Both the position numbers and the translations under genes were made by a program. Source: Eledone cirrhosa (lineage: Eukaryota). Taken from it: DNA of 64,000 nucleotides. This document shows, piece after piece, positions 28,515-39,850 of this stretch; positions within the stretch are counted from its first letter, which is position 1, and each line of letters opens with the position of its first letter. Location: positions 4,960,001-5,024,000 of the forward strand of contig OZ024759.1 in the NCBI GenBank assembly GCA_964016885.1. Direction: 5' to 3'. The notes beneath the pieces were generated by a model that saw nothing but the letters and a program-made list of their open reading frames with translations, had not been told where the DNA came from and did not search any database.

Positions 28515-29125
28515 GCTAAATCAGACATGGGATACAAGGAAGATCAATCAGTATTTCATATAAAAAATAATAATAATAAAGTGCAGGGTGATAAAAATTA
28601 ACGGTAGCCACGGAGCAGGCAGACTCAGAAAAACCTGGGATGACTTGATAAATTCCGACCTCACACCTCTCCAAGACAATGTCACTGGACCGAGATCTTT
28701 GGCGCCACACAGAAGACCCGCCTTGCCTAAGTACAAAGCGAAACCTACAGTCAGTAGGCACCTCTAACAAAATACACCCCTGTCCCACTACCCCACCCCA
28801 TCCACACCACCCCCTTAAATGTGAAGTTATGTTGGTACCACAACATCCAGTCCGAAACAAATGAGGTTGTGTAGGTGTCACAACAGAAAAAACACACAGT
28901 CCACGCTGTAATGTGGCCGTGTAGGTAACACGGTAAAAACCTCCCAGTCCACACTGTAAACGTGGTTGGTGTTAGGAAGGGCATCCAGCCATAGAAAACT
29001 TGCCAGTCAGTCCTATACGAGCAAGACAACGAATATTGCCTCAAGTGGGAAAACTCCCGTCCAAACCCATGCAAGCATGGAAGATGGACGTTAAACGATG
29101 ATAATGATGATGATGATGATGATGA
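28515..29125 (+). mobile_element. RTE LINE 3' fragment
   Basis: Homologous to 62150-62690 (..RKTWDDLINSDL.., 3'UTR, (GAT)n tail). Confidence 0.8.
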
Positions 29126-29362
29126 AAGAGAGTCATACCTTATATCTGGAAATCATATCTGGCCACCAAGAGTATATATTCAATACATAAACAGAGAAAG
29201 CCTTAAGCGATACTCTGACCAACTCCATCTCACTCAACAAACATTAGGATATACCTAAGTATTTTCCTAATTTAGTGTTTGGGGTGCTAACTAATCAGTA
29301 TTTCGTGGATAGCTGGTTGTATTATTTTATATGAGACATTATTAACTAAATATCTCTTTCCT

Positions 29363-29486
29363 TCCAGACGGCCGTTTCCTTATAAGATTTCTACAATTCG
29401 GGATAAATAATTTCCAGGTTATGTAGAAACTTGTATATAATCCATAGTTTTATACACAAGCGGGCTCTTATAAACTCATCAGTGGA
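29363..29486 (-). ncRNA. Type I minimal hammerhead ribozyme, copy 2
   Basis: Same core as copy 1 (CUGAUGA...GAAAC-GGCC-GUC^UGGA), 1307 nt away. The base of stem II is less canonical. Confidence 0.65.
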
Positions 29487-29744
29487 TGCCCAAATAATAT
29501 CGATATAAGAATTATATCGACATTAATAGATTAGTGATGGTCTCCCTCAGCGCTAAGAAGATCCAGCGCTTAGAAAATCCAGCAGTCCTCTCAAAGATAA
29601 AATACACGCTGTCCCCAAGAGGGTAAGGGGAGGTCATCTTAAAATAAAACAATATACACGCTGGTCATTTAAACCTGTTAGCTATTAACCACGTGTATAA
29701 GAACTCAATTGGATATTAAAAGAATAACTATATGTATACACAAT

Positions 29745-29782
<38 letters not shown>

Positions 29783-30004
29783 CAAATATTTCAAATATTT
29801 CAGATCAGTGGTTGGCGTTGGGAAGGGCATCCAGCCGTAAAAAAACAGTCAGAAACTCTCGTATATGAGCGAGACATGGTCACTTGACCCAACATGCCTC
29901 TAAATGGGACAACCCTGTCTAACCCATGCTAGCATGGAAGATAGACGTTAATTGATGATGATGATGATACATACATATATATATAGCTACATTACACCAC
30001 TTAC

Positions 30005-30142
30005 CTGTCTGACAGTTGCTACCTTCATAACCAGCAGTACACCCTCCACTGTAACACACACCTGTCTCTGTGTTACATTTGCTGTTGTCTGCACAGTGAC
30101 AATTTCTACTACAGCTGGGACCAAACTTTCCTACAGGACACA
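30005..30142 (-). CDS. EGF exon (138 bp, phase 1/1)
   Basis: Acceptor ttctatag, donor GTAAGT. Encodes CPVGKFGPSCSRNCHCADNSKCNTETGVCYSGGCTAGYEGSNCQT. Confidence 0.9.
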
Positions 30143-30236
30143 CTATAGAAAATATTTAAAATTCACTTCTAATATTCACTCACTTTTTTCAGGTAACATG
30201 TTTGATGTTTGTAAAACCTATGAAGACCTGCACTAT

Positions 30237-30282
<46 letters not shown>

Positions 30283-30414
30283 TATACATATATATATATA
30301 CACATATATATACATATATATATATATACACATATATATATACATATATACTGAAGTAAAAGTTAAGTGGAAATATCCAAGAGTAAGAGCACTCAGTCCA
30401 TAGGACGAGTTTAG

Positions 30415-30592
30415 TATAAATAATTACAACAGTGACATAAACAGGTACTCAAGTTTGAATGGGTTCTGGGCCCCAATTTCTTCAGCCTGTCATGAGATGT
30501 TTTCCATTTTCCTCATGACAGGCTGAAGAAATTTGGGGCCGAGAACCCAACGAAACTTGAGTACCTGTTTATGTCACTGTTGTAATTATTTA
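30415..30592. repeat. Inverted repeat (~80-bp arms), Penelope-like terminus in (TA)n
   Basis: TAATTACAACAGTGACATAAACAGGTACTCAAG... is the reverse complement of ...CTTGAGTACCTGTTTATGTCACTGTTGTAATTA. Confidence 0.9.
30517..30569 (+). ncRNA. Minimal hammerhead ribozyme motif
   Basis: GACAGG-CUGAAGA-[..UUGGG..CCCAA-C]-GAAAC-UUGA-GUA^CCUGUU, with a 6-bp stem I. Confidence 0.6.
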
Positions 30593-30736
30593 TATCTATA
30601 TACATATATATATATATATATATATTCAAAATTAATTAAATTAAATTAAATTAGATTAAGGGAGTCATGTCCAAGACATGCGCCATATCCACCGTAGAAT
30701 AAGCTCAAAGATTTCAATGAATAGATCCGAGCATTT

Positions 30737-31063
30737 TATATCAACTAGAAATAGATTAACATATATATATATTTAAAATAAACACATGAAACAATGACAG
30801 GGTATAATTTGTAAAGTGTGTAATCACACATAGCTAGGTAGGTAACTAATTAAAGTTTAACTAGAGCTTCAAATATTTCCTTTTTAAAAAATTAATCATT
30901 TTTTAATTATTTTTTAAAAAGGTAATATTTGAAGCTCTAGTTAAACTTTAATTAGTTACCTACCTAGCTATGTGTGATTACACACTTTACAAATTATCCC
31001 CTGTCATTGTTTCATGTGTTTATTTTAAATATATATCTATGTCAATCTATTTCTAGTTGATAT
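30737..31063. repeat. Long near-perfect inverted repeat (~155-bp arms, short spacer)
   Basis: ATCAACTAGAAATAGATT...GAGCTTCAAATATT is mirrored by AATATTTGAAGCTC...AATCTATTTCTAGTTGAT. Confidence 0.92.
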
Positions 31064-31400
31064 ATATATATATATCCAGGGAGTGTAACATGAAGTTACT
31101 GTAGGTTCACCCAGGTGAGCACTCAATCTTTAGATTCTCGTCCATCATTACAACAGCAGAGGTCCGACGACCTTTTGATTCCTCAGTCTGGCTAGATCAA
31201 TACTGATCAAACTTTGAGCTGAGCAATAGCAAAACGTGCATCACCAATCAATAAATGTAATGAAGGCTTAACAAATCGTCATTGTATTATTATTATTATA
31301 CACACACACACACATATATATGTATATATAAATATATATATATATATTTATATATATATCACAGAAAAAAAGATAGGAAAATCTGCTTCATAGAATCAAA

Positions 31401-31494
31401 ACGTATCTGAGGACCTTGCGATTTTCAGAGTCAGGTTTGATCATCACATCGATCGTGCCTCGAGCTGGTCGCCAGAGAAACAATTGTAATATGT
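31401..31494 (+). ncRNA. Minimal hammerhead ribozyme motif (Penelope pLTR type)
   Basis: ACGUAU-CUGAGGA-[CCUUGCGA..UCGCCAGA]-GAAAC-AAUU-GUA^AUAUGU, followed by AATAAA. Loop III is palindromic. Confidence 0.6.
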
Positions 31495-31691
31495 CCAATA
31501 AATTCCATTCGTCGCAACACTGATTCCCTTCTTTTCTGTGACATCATACTCTGCTCTATGAGAGCATTGAGTGCTCAAATGGCCTACCTCATACGGACAC
31601 TTTAAGCATCCAACACCAATTATATATATATATATACACACACACATATATATACACACCCACACACACATATATATATACACATATGTAT

Positions 31692-31732
<41 letters not shown>

Positions 31733-31814
31733 TATATATACACACCCACACACATATATATATATATATATATACATATGTATACACATATATATATATA
31801 TATATGTACACACC

Positions 31815-33042
31815 TCATCATCATCAGGTCGAGCTTGCTCGGCTTTCTACGACACGTTTCCTCCATCCATCTCTGTCTCTCATAGCGTTTGCCAGTTCTT
31901 CCGCAGTGCATCCAGTATCATCCTCAAGTTGCTTGACGTATAACAACACATCACCTGCTATAACAACACATCACCTGCTATATCTTCCTTGCTGCGCCAA
32001 CAGTGGCCAGCAAATCTGAGTCTCTGTCCACGTATTGACCTCCTGATAGGTGGTATATTGCCATAGAGATCCTTATTTGTTGGGTGTTCCCTCGAAGACA
32101 CATTTAAAGCAGCGTGGAGCATACGTGTGTATGCCCCGTCTAGCTTTTTCTCCAGTTTTGACGTTAGCGTCCAAGTGATAGAGCCATAAACAAACACAGA
32201 CTCCACAGCAGCTCTGAAGAAATTCCTTTTCAGTTTGACCGGCAGGTTTGATTTCTATATCTTCTCCATTGCATTCAATGCTCCCCAGGCTTTTCCCAGT
32301 CTGTTGTTAACATCATGTTCTGTGGAGGCGATATAGCTACCCAGGTATTTGAAGTCGTCAACTTGCTTGATTATATCGCCGTTTAGACTTCGCATACCAA
32401 CTGAGGAGTCTTGGTTCAGGCAAATATATTCTGTTTTGCCTGTGTTGACATAGAGTCGGATTTCCTTTGCAACTGATTCGATGCTGTGAAGTAGTGATGT
32501 TGCATCCTTAAGGTAGTCAGCGAGGACCGCTAAATCATCCGCATAGTCAGCATCGGTGATTTTCTGAGCTGCATGGCGTCGATACTTTCACTTTGTGAGA
32601 GTGAAACCAAGCTCTAAGTTTTCGTCCAGGGCTTTTCTCAATACATAGTCGAGGCAGATGATAAAAAATGTATGGTGCAAGAGTATCCCCTTGGAGTACT
32701 CCTGCAATGATGTCAAAGAAGTTGGTATCTCCATCAGGTGAGCGCACCATTGCGCAGGTGTTTTTATATAACATCATGATGGCATTTACTGTTTCCCTTG
32801 GCAAGCCGTAGGCTAGAAGTATCTCTCTCATCCTCCCACGATGGATGGAATCGAATGCTTTTGAAAAGTCAATAAACAGGAGAGTTGCTGGGAGGTTTGG
32901 GCTTTTACACCTTCCAAGATACGCCGAATAGTAAGTATTTGCCCTGATGTTGATCTGTTGGTGCGGAAGCCCTTTTGGTTTTTTCTCAGCAAGGGGTCAA
33001 TGACAGATCTTATTCTGTCAAACAGCATGAGATTGTATATCT
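31815..33042 (-). mobile_element. RTE-clade LINE, 5'-truncated RT fragment (frameshifted)
   Basis: Motifs GFRTNRST, GVLQGDTLAPYIF, YADD (~32540) and [10 protein letters not shown]; (GAT)n tail. Confidence 0.85.
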
Positions 33043-33134
33043 TTGCGTGTGTGTATATGTATACACACACACACACATATATATGTATACACACACACAC
33101 ATATATACTGTAATATACATCATAATATACATAC

Positions 33135-33268
33135 CATGGTGACAGTCAGGTCCCTGGTAACTGGGTTGACAACCTCCACTGGAACACACACCTGTGATGA
33201 AGTTGTGGTGACATCAGCACAGTGGCAGGTTTCTTTACAGTTGAGGCCGTAGTTACCTTGACGACACT
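33135..33268 (-). pseudogene. Frameshifted EGF pseudo-exon (134 bp = 138-4)
   Basis: CRQGNYGLNCKETCHCADVT and NFITGVCSSGGCQPSYQGPDCHH lie in different frames. The acceptor is tttGAG with no pyrimidine tract; the donor is GTATGT. Confidence 0.8.
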
Positions 33269-33295
33269 CTCAAATATTGGACATTATGTACCAAC

Positions 33296-34291
33296 ATTAC
33301 CACCACCACCACCACACCATCACCATCATCACCATTGTCCTCCTCACAACCACCACCAACATCACCAGCACCACCACCACCACCAGCACCACCACCACCA
33401 CCATCATCACCACCCCCAGCACCACCACCACCATCATCACCACCACCAGCACCACCACCACCACCACCACCATCACCACCACCACCATCATTCTTATCAC
33501 CATCACCACCACCACCATCATTCTTATCACCATCACCACCACCACCACCACCACCACCACCACCACCATCACCACCCCCATCGCCACCACCATCACCACC
33601 ACCACCACCACCACCACCACCGCCACCACCACCGCTACCACCACCACCACCACCACCACCACCACCGACATCACCAACACCACTACCGCCACCGCCACCA
33701 CCACCACCATCACCACCACCACCACCACCACCACCACCACCACCACCACCATCACCACCACCACCATCACCAACACAACCACCACCGCCACCACCGCCAC
33801 CACCACCGCCACCACCACCACCATCACCACCGCCACCACCGCCACCATCACCACCGCCGCCACCGCCACCACCACCACCGCCGCCACCACCACCACCGCC
33901 GCCACCACCACCACCACCACCACCACCACCACCACCACCATCACCACCATCACCACCACCACCACCACCACCGCCATCACCACCACCAACACCACCGCCA
34001 CCACCGCCATCACCAACACCACCACCACCACCACCACCACCACCACCACCACCACCACCACCACCACCACCGCCATCACCACCACCACCACCACCACCAC
34101 CGCCATCACCAACACCACCGCCATCACCAACACCACCACCATCATCACCATCACCACCATCATCACCATCACCACCACCACCACCACCGCCACCACCGCC
34201 ACCACCGCCACCACCACCACCACCACCACCACCACCATCATCATCACCACCATCACCACCACCACCACCACCACCATCATCATCACCACCA
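33296..34291. repeat. (CAC)n/(GGT)n trinucleotide microsatellite, ~1 kb
   Basis: Direct inspection. It explains the poly-H/T/P/G/V ORFs. Confidence 0.98.
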
Positions 34292-34299
34292 TCTGCGAG

Positions 34300-37200
34300 A
34301 TCAAAAATACTGTTGTGGTCCCATTCCATTACTTCACCAATCTTGTAGACCCTAAATATTGTAATGGTCACTGTCCCTTCTCTTCCACCAATCTGGGAGT
34401 CACTAAATACTGTCATGGTTCCTGTTCCTCCCTCCAGTAATCTTGGAGACCCTAAATACTGTTGTAGTACCTTCCCATTCCTTCCACTAATTTTGGAGAC
34501 CCTAAATATTGCAATGGGTACTGTCCCTTCCTTCCTTTCCATCAATCTAGGGGACCCTAAATACTGTTCTGGTCCCTGTCTCTTCTCTTCCACCAATCAG
34601 TGAGTCCCTTAATACTGCCGTGGTCCCTGTCTCTTCTCTTCCACCAATCAGTGAGTCCCTTAATACTGTTGTGGTCCCTGTCTCTTCTCTTCCACCAATC
34701 AGTGAGTCCCTTAATACTGTTGTGGTCCCTGTCTCTTCTCTTCCACCAATCAGTGAGTCCCTAAATACTGTTGTGGTCCCTGTCTCTTCTCTTCCACCAA
34801 TCAGTGAGTCCCTTAATACTGTTGTGGTCCCTGTCTCTTCTCTTCCACCAATCAGTGAGTCCCTAAATACTATCATGGTCCCTGTCTCTTCTCTTCCACT
34901 AATCAGTGAGTCCCTTAATACTGTTGTGGTCCCTGTCTCTTCTCTTCCACCAATCAGTGAGTCCCTAAATACTATCATGGTCCCTGTCTCTTCTCTTCCA
35001 CCAATCAGTGAGTCCCTTAATACTGTTGTGGTGCCTGTCTCTTCTCTTCCACCAATCAGTGAGTCCCTTAATACTGCCGTGGTCCCTGTCTCTTCTCTTC
35101 CACCAATCAGTGAGTCCCTTAATACTGTTGTGGTCCCTGTCTCTTCTCTTCCACCAATCAGTGAGTCCCTTAATACTGTTGTGGTCCCTGTCTCTTCTCT
35201 TCCACCAATCAGTGAGTCGCTAAATACTGTTGTGGTCCCTGTCTCTTCTCTTCCACTAATCAGTGAGTCCCTTAATACTGTTGTGGTCCCTGTCTCTTCT
35301 CTTCCACCAATCAGTGAGTCCCTAAATACTATCATGGTCCCTGTCTCTTCTCTTCCACCAATCAGTGAGTCCCTTAATACTGTTGTGGTCCCTGTCTCTT
35401 CTCTTCCACCAATCAGTGAGTCCCTTAATACTGTCGTGGTCCCTGTCTCTTCTCTTCCACCAATCAGTGAGTCCCTTAATACTGTTGTGGTCCCTGTCTC
35501 TTCTCTTCCACCAATCAGTAAGTCCCTTAATACTGTTGTGGTGCCTGTCTCTTCTCTTCCACCAATCACTGAGTCCCTTAATACTGTTGTGGTCCCTGTC
35601 TCTTTTCTTCCACCAATCAGTGAGTCCCTTAATACTGTCATGGTCCCTGTCTCTTCTCTTCCACCAATCAGTGAGTCCCTTAATACTGTCGTGGTCCCTG
35701 TCTCTTCTCTTCCACCAATCAGTGAGTCCCTTAATATTGTCATGGTCCCTGTCTCTTCTCTTCCACCAATCAGTGAGTTCCTTAATACTGTTGTGGTCCC
35801 TGTGTCTTCTCTTCCACCAATCAGTGAGTCCCATAATACTGTCGTGGTCCCTGTCTCTTCTCTTCCACCAATCAGTGAGTCCCTTAATACTGTTGTGGTC
35901 CCTGTCTCTTCTCTTCCACCAATCAGTGAGTCCCTTAATACTGTCGTGGTCCCTGTCTCTATCTTCCACCAATCAGTGAGTCCCTAAATACTGTTGTGGT
36001 CCCTGTCGCTTCTCTTCCACCAATCAGTGAGTCTCTTAATACTGTCGTGGTCCCTGTCTCTATCTTCCACCAATCAGTGAGTCCCTAAATACTGTTGTGG
36101 TCCCTGTCTCTTCTCTTCCACCAATCAGTGAGTCCCTTAATACTGTTGTGGTCCCTGTCTCTATCTTCCACCAATCAGTGAGTCCCTAAATACTGTTGTG
36201 GTCCCTGTCTCTTCTCTTCCACCAATCAGTGAGTCCCTAAATACTGTTGTGGTCCCTGTCTCTTCTCTTCCACCAATCAGTGAGTCCCTTAATACTGTCG
36301 TGGTCCCTGTCTCTTCTCTTCCACCAATCAGTGAGTCCCTAAATACTGTTGTGGTCCCTGTCTCTTCTCTTCCACCAATCAGTGAGTCCCTAAATACTGT
36401 TGTGGTCCCTGTCTCTTCTCTTCCACCAATCAGTGAGTCCCTTAATACTGTTGTGGTCCCTGTCTCTTCTCTTCCACCAATCAGTGAGTCCCTTAATACT
36501 GTCGTGGTCCCTGTCTCTATCTTCCACCAATCAGTGAGTCTCTTAATACTGTCGTGGTCCCTGTCTCTTCTCTTACACCAATCAGTGAGTCCCTAAACAC
36601 TGTTGTGGTCCCTGTCTCTTCTCTTCCACCAATCAGTGAGTCCCTTAATACTGTTGTGGTCCCTGTCTCTTCTCTTCCACCAATCAGTGAGTCCCTAAAT
36701 ACTGTTGTGGTCCCTGTCTCTTCTCTTCCACCAATCAGTGAGTCCCTTAATACTGTTGTGGTCCCTGTCTCTTCTCTTCCACCAATCAGTGAGTCTCTTA
36801 ATACTGTCGTGGTCCCTGTCTCTTCTCTTACACCAATCAGTGAGTCCCTAAATACTGTTGTGGTCCCTGTCTCGTCTCATCCACCAATCATTGAGTCCCT
36901 TAATACTGTCATGGTCCCTGTCTCTTCTCTTCCACCAATCAGTGAGTCCCTAAATACTGTCGTGGTCCCTGTCACTTCTCTTCCACCAATCAGTGAGTCC
37001 CTTAATACTGTTGTGGTCCCTGTCTCTTCTCTTCCACCAATCAGTGAGTCCCTTAATACTGTTGTGGTCCCTGTCTCTTCTCTTCCACCAATCAGTGAGT
37101 CCCTAAATACTATCATGGTCCCTGTCTCTTCTCTTCCACCAATCAGTGAGTCCCTTAATACTGTTGTGGTCCCTGTCTCTTCTCTTCCACCAATCAGTGA

Positions 37201-37340
37201 GTCCCTAAATACTATCATGGTCCCTGTCTCTTCTTTTCCACCAATCAGTGAGTCCCTTAATACTGTCGTGGTCCCTGTCTCTTCTCTTCCACCAATCAGT
37301 GAGTCCCTAAATACTATCATGGTCCCTGTCCCTTCCCTCT
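34300..37340. repeat. 51-bp minisatellite (~59 units; diverged units at 34300-34565)
   Basis: Unit CCACCAATCAGTGAGTCCCTTAATACTGTTGTGGTCCCTGTCTCTTCTCTT. Confidence 0.96.
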
Positions 37341-37367
37341 CTAAAGGGTAAACAGATAAAAACTTAC

Positions 37368-37505
37368 TTGACTGGCAGCTGTGTCCCCTGTGACCAGGTG
37401 AGCACCTTCCATGGATGCAGATACCATTGTCAGAGTAACATTTGCCATTATTCAGACAGTGGCACTCCTTCACACAGTTGACACCAAACATGCCATGGGC
37501 ACATC
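37368..37505 (-). CDS. EGF exon (138 bp, phase 1/1)
   Basis: Acceptor ttttctcag, donor GTAAGT. Encodes CAHGMFGVNCVKECHCLNNGKCYSDNGICIHGRCSPGHRGHSCQS. Confidence 0.92.
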
Positions 37506-37611
37506 CTGAGAAAACAACTTCAATATGTAATTACTGTATTTCCTGACGCCGAAGACACTTCGTCCTCGAGGACACACCCTAATTCTGACAACCAAAAATT
37601 TGAAAAAAAAT

Positions 37612-38005
37612 AATTGTTTCTACTTTTGGCACAAGGCCAGTAATTATTCCAGTGTATTACTGGTACTTTATTTTATCGACCCCCGTAAGGATGAATGGCA
37701 AAGTTAACCTCGGCGGGATTTGAACTCAGACCATAAAGGGACGTAACTCTTTGCTGCAAAGCATGGCGTTAGACCGATACTGCCAATCCACTGCTCTTTG
37801 AATTTGAAGAAAAATAATTGTTTCTACTATTGGCACAAGGCCAGCAATCACCCAGTACATTACTGGTACTTTATTTTATCGACTCCGTAAGGATGAAAGG
37901 CAATGTTAACCTTGGCGGGATTTGAACTCAGAATGGCAAGTGCTGTAACTCTATGCGTCAAAGCATGGCGTCCGACCCTCTACCGATACTGCCAATTCAC
38001 TGCCC
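37612..38005 (-). mobile_element. Two tRNA-derived SINEs (family B)
   Basis: Pattern GGCGGTGGATTGGCAGTATCGG..GAGTTCAAATCCCGCCGAGGTTAACTTTGCCTTTCATCC..GGCCTTGTGCCAAAAGTAGAAAC. Further copies at ~24222, 39889, 40048, 45612, 53705, 55785-56680 and 58778. Confidence 0.8.
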
Positions 38006-38279
38006 TTTGAAGAAAAATAATAAACAACTTTCGGCCTCCAGGATGCATGGTAGATTTTTGAGACTTATTTTAGTAAAAGTAGCGTCTTTGACGCCGGGAA
38101 ATACGGTGAGTTTAATTAATTCAAATTTCAGAGTTGTTATCTTTCATCCTTTGAGTGTATCCCATTTACAATAGTAACTCTATAACCCTGCATGTTGTAG
38201 AAAGAGCCTAAAATAGTTTGGCATCAAGAAGGGCATCCAGCAGCAAAATAATGCCTCAATACTATATATCATCATCATC

Positions 38280-38672
38280 ATTGGATGCGCAATGTCAATG
38301 TGCATGAATGAGCAAGCATAGACGAGTTGAGAAAGAAATTGTGTATAATAGGGATAAGCTGTAGTGTGTGGGAGAGAAGACTGCGTTGGTATAGACATAT
38401 GATGTGCATGGAGGATGACTGCTGGGTAAAGAAGTGCCAAGAAATCCCAGTAGAAAGAAGATGCAGTAGAGGAAGACCACGAAAATCATGGACGAAGGTG
38501 GTGAGATCTGACCTCAGATTGCTGAAGCTCATGGAGGAGATGACGAAAGACTGTGATGAATGGAGAGATGCTGTGCTGTATAGGACCCATCCCACCCTTG
38601 CAAGCAGGGAAAAGCGGACGTAAAATGATGATGATGATCATCATCATGGTTATCATCATCATCATCATCATT
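38280..38672 (+). mobile_element. RTE LINE 3' fragment
   Basis: Reads ERRLRWYRHM..RGRPRKSW. A related copy lies on the minus strand at 54040-54420. Confidence 0.8.
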
Positions 38673-39715
38673 GTTTAACATCCATCTTCCTCACTAGTCT
38701 GGATAAGATGGTTTTGTTCCACTTGAGGTGAGATTGGTCTGGAGACTGTCTTGCTTGTACAGAACTGTCTTTGGTAGGTTTTTTACCCCTGGAGGCCCTT
38801 CCTAACACCAACCACATTTACAGTGTACATCTTCTGTTTATTACATAATTCTGTTATACGTATTTCGAAGATGTCAGAGTGGTTGCATAACTTTCTGACA
38901 TGTTCTCTTCAGACAAGTTGAAATTTGTGTTCTTTTATTTTGTTTTTGATATGCTACCAAGGAGTGGGGGTTAGAGTTGTGTTTGCATTCCTGTCCAGTT
39001 GTTATATGGTTTGGATGGCTATTCTAGTAGGCAGATATGAAGCAGGAGGTGCTATTGTTGCTGACATACTAGGGATGCTAAGTAGGTTAAGGTATCAAAT
39101 TACCAGAGGGGTAAGTCATCACCCCACCCCCCGTTCATATATGTTAAAGAATTTGTTCGAATAATCTACTTATTTTTTTGTTTATTTGAACTTTGTTTAT
39201 TTGTTTGAACTACATAGCTATATATCCAGGCTGTGTATTATTAGAGAAGGTGATTCTTGTGTAACTATGTAAGGATGCATTAAATGTATAGATTTAGTCA
39301 TTATGTTCAGCTCTAGGTGGAAGTTAGCATGGAACGTGTTAACTATCTAATCTAAGGAAAGTTTTAGATATTTTATGCATACAAGTATTAACTCTTTAGC
39401 ATTTACATTACTCTGTAATGTATTTTCTCTGTAAAGTCTTTACCTCACATAATAATCTCACATAATATCAAATCAACAAGATTTTGATATTATTTATTTT
39501 GAGAACAATACCTTAACAAAAGTATGAGCAGCCAGTTACGGCTGGTTTGAACAGAAAAAGCACCACCTACACTCCACTCCCACTATAACCATGACAGCCA
39601 CCTCATCTCCACCACCACCTCCACTACACTCCCACTATAACCACGACAGCCACCAACACTCCACTCCCACTATAACCATGACAACCACCTACACTCCACC
39701 CCCACCACCACTCAC

Positions 39716-39850
39716 CTTTACAAGTGTTATTCACATCAATATATCCATCTTTACATCCAGTCACACATTTGCCAGTCAATTGATCACATGTCTTTCTGCA
39801 GTTGTTGCACTCTTCTTTACAATTTCTTCCATAGAATCCAGGGAGACATT
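39716..39850 (-). CDS. EGF exon (135 bp, phase 1/1)
   Basis: Acceptor tttctag, donor GTGAGT. Encodes CLPGFYGRNCKEECNNCRKTCDQLTGKCVTGCKDGYIDVNNTCK. Confidence 0.92.

Larger units (their letters stand above)
27873..29748 (-). mobile_element. Two ~570-bp direct repeats (27873-28443, 29180-29748); Penelope pLTR-like / retrozyme-like element
   Basis: Highly similar direct repeats embedded in (TA)n, each carrying a hammerhead motif on the minus strand. Confidence 0.7.

Noticed and set aside
27873-29748. Classical LTR retrotransposon or TRIM
   Set aside because: There are no TG..CA ends, PBS or PPT, and the internal part is mostly an RTE 3' fragment. The hammerheads point to a Penelope/retrozyme type instead.
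33222-34596. Poly-His/Pro/Thr/Gly/Val proteins
   Set aside because: These are translations of a (CAC)n microsatellite, open in most frames by composition.
34547-37351. 17-aa repeat ORFs on both strands
   Set aside because: This is a 51-bp satellite with interspersed frame-breaking 50-bp units.
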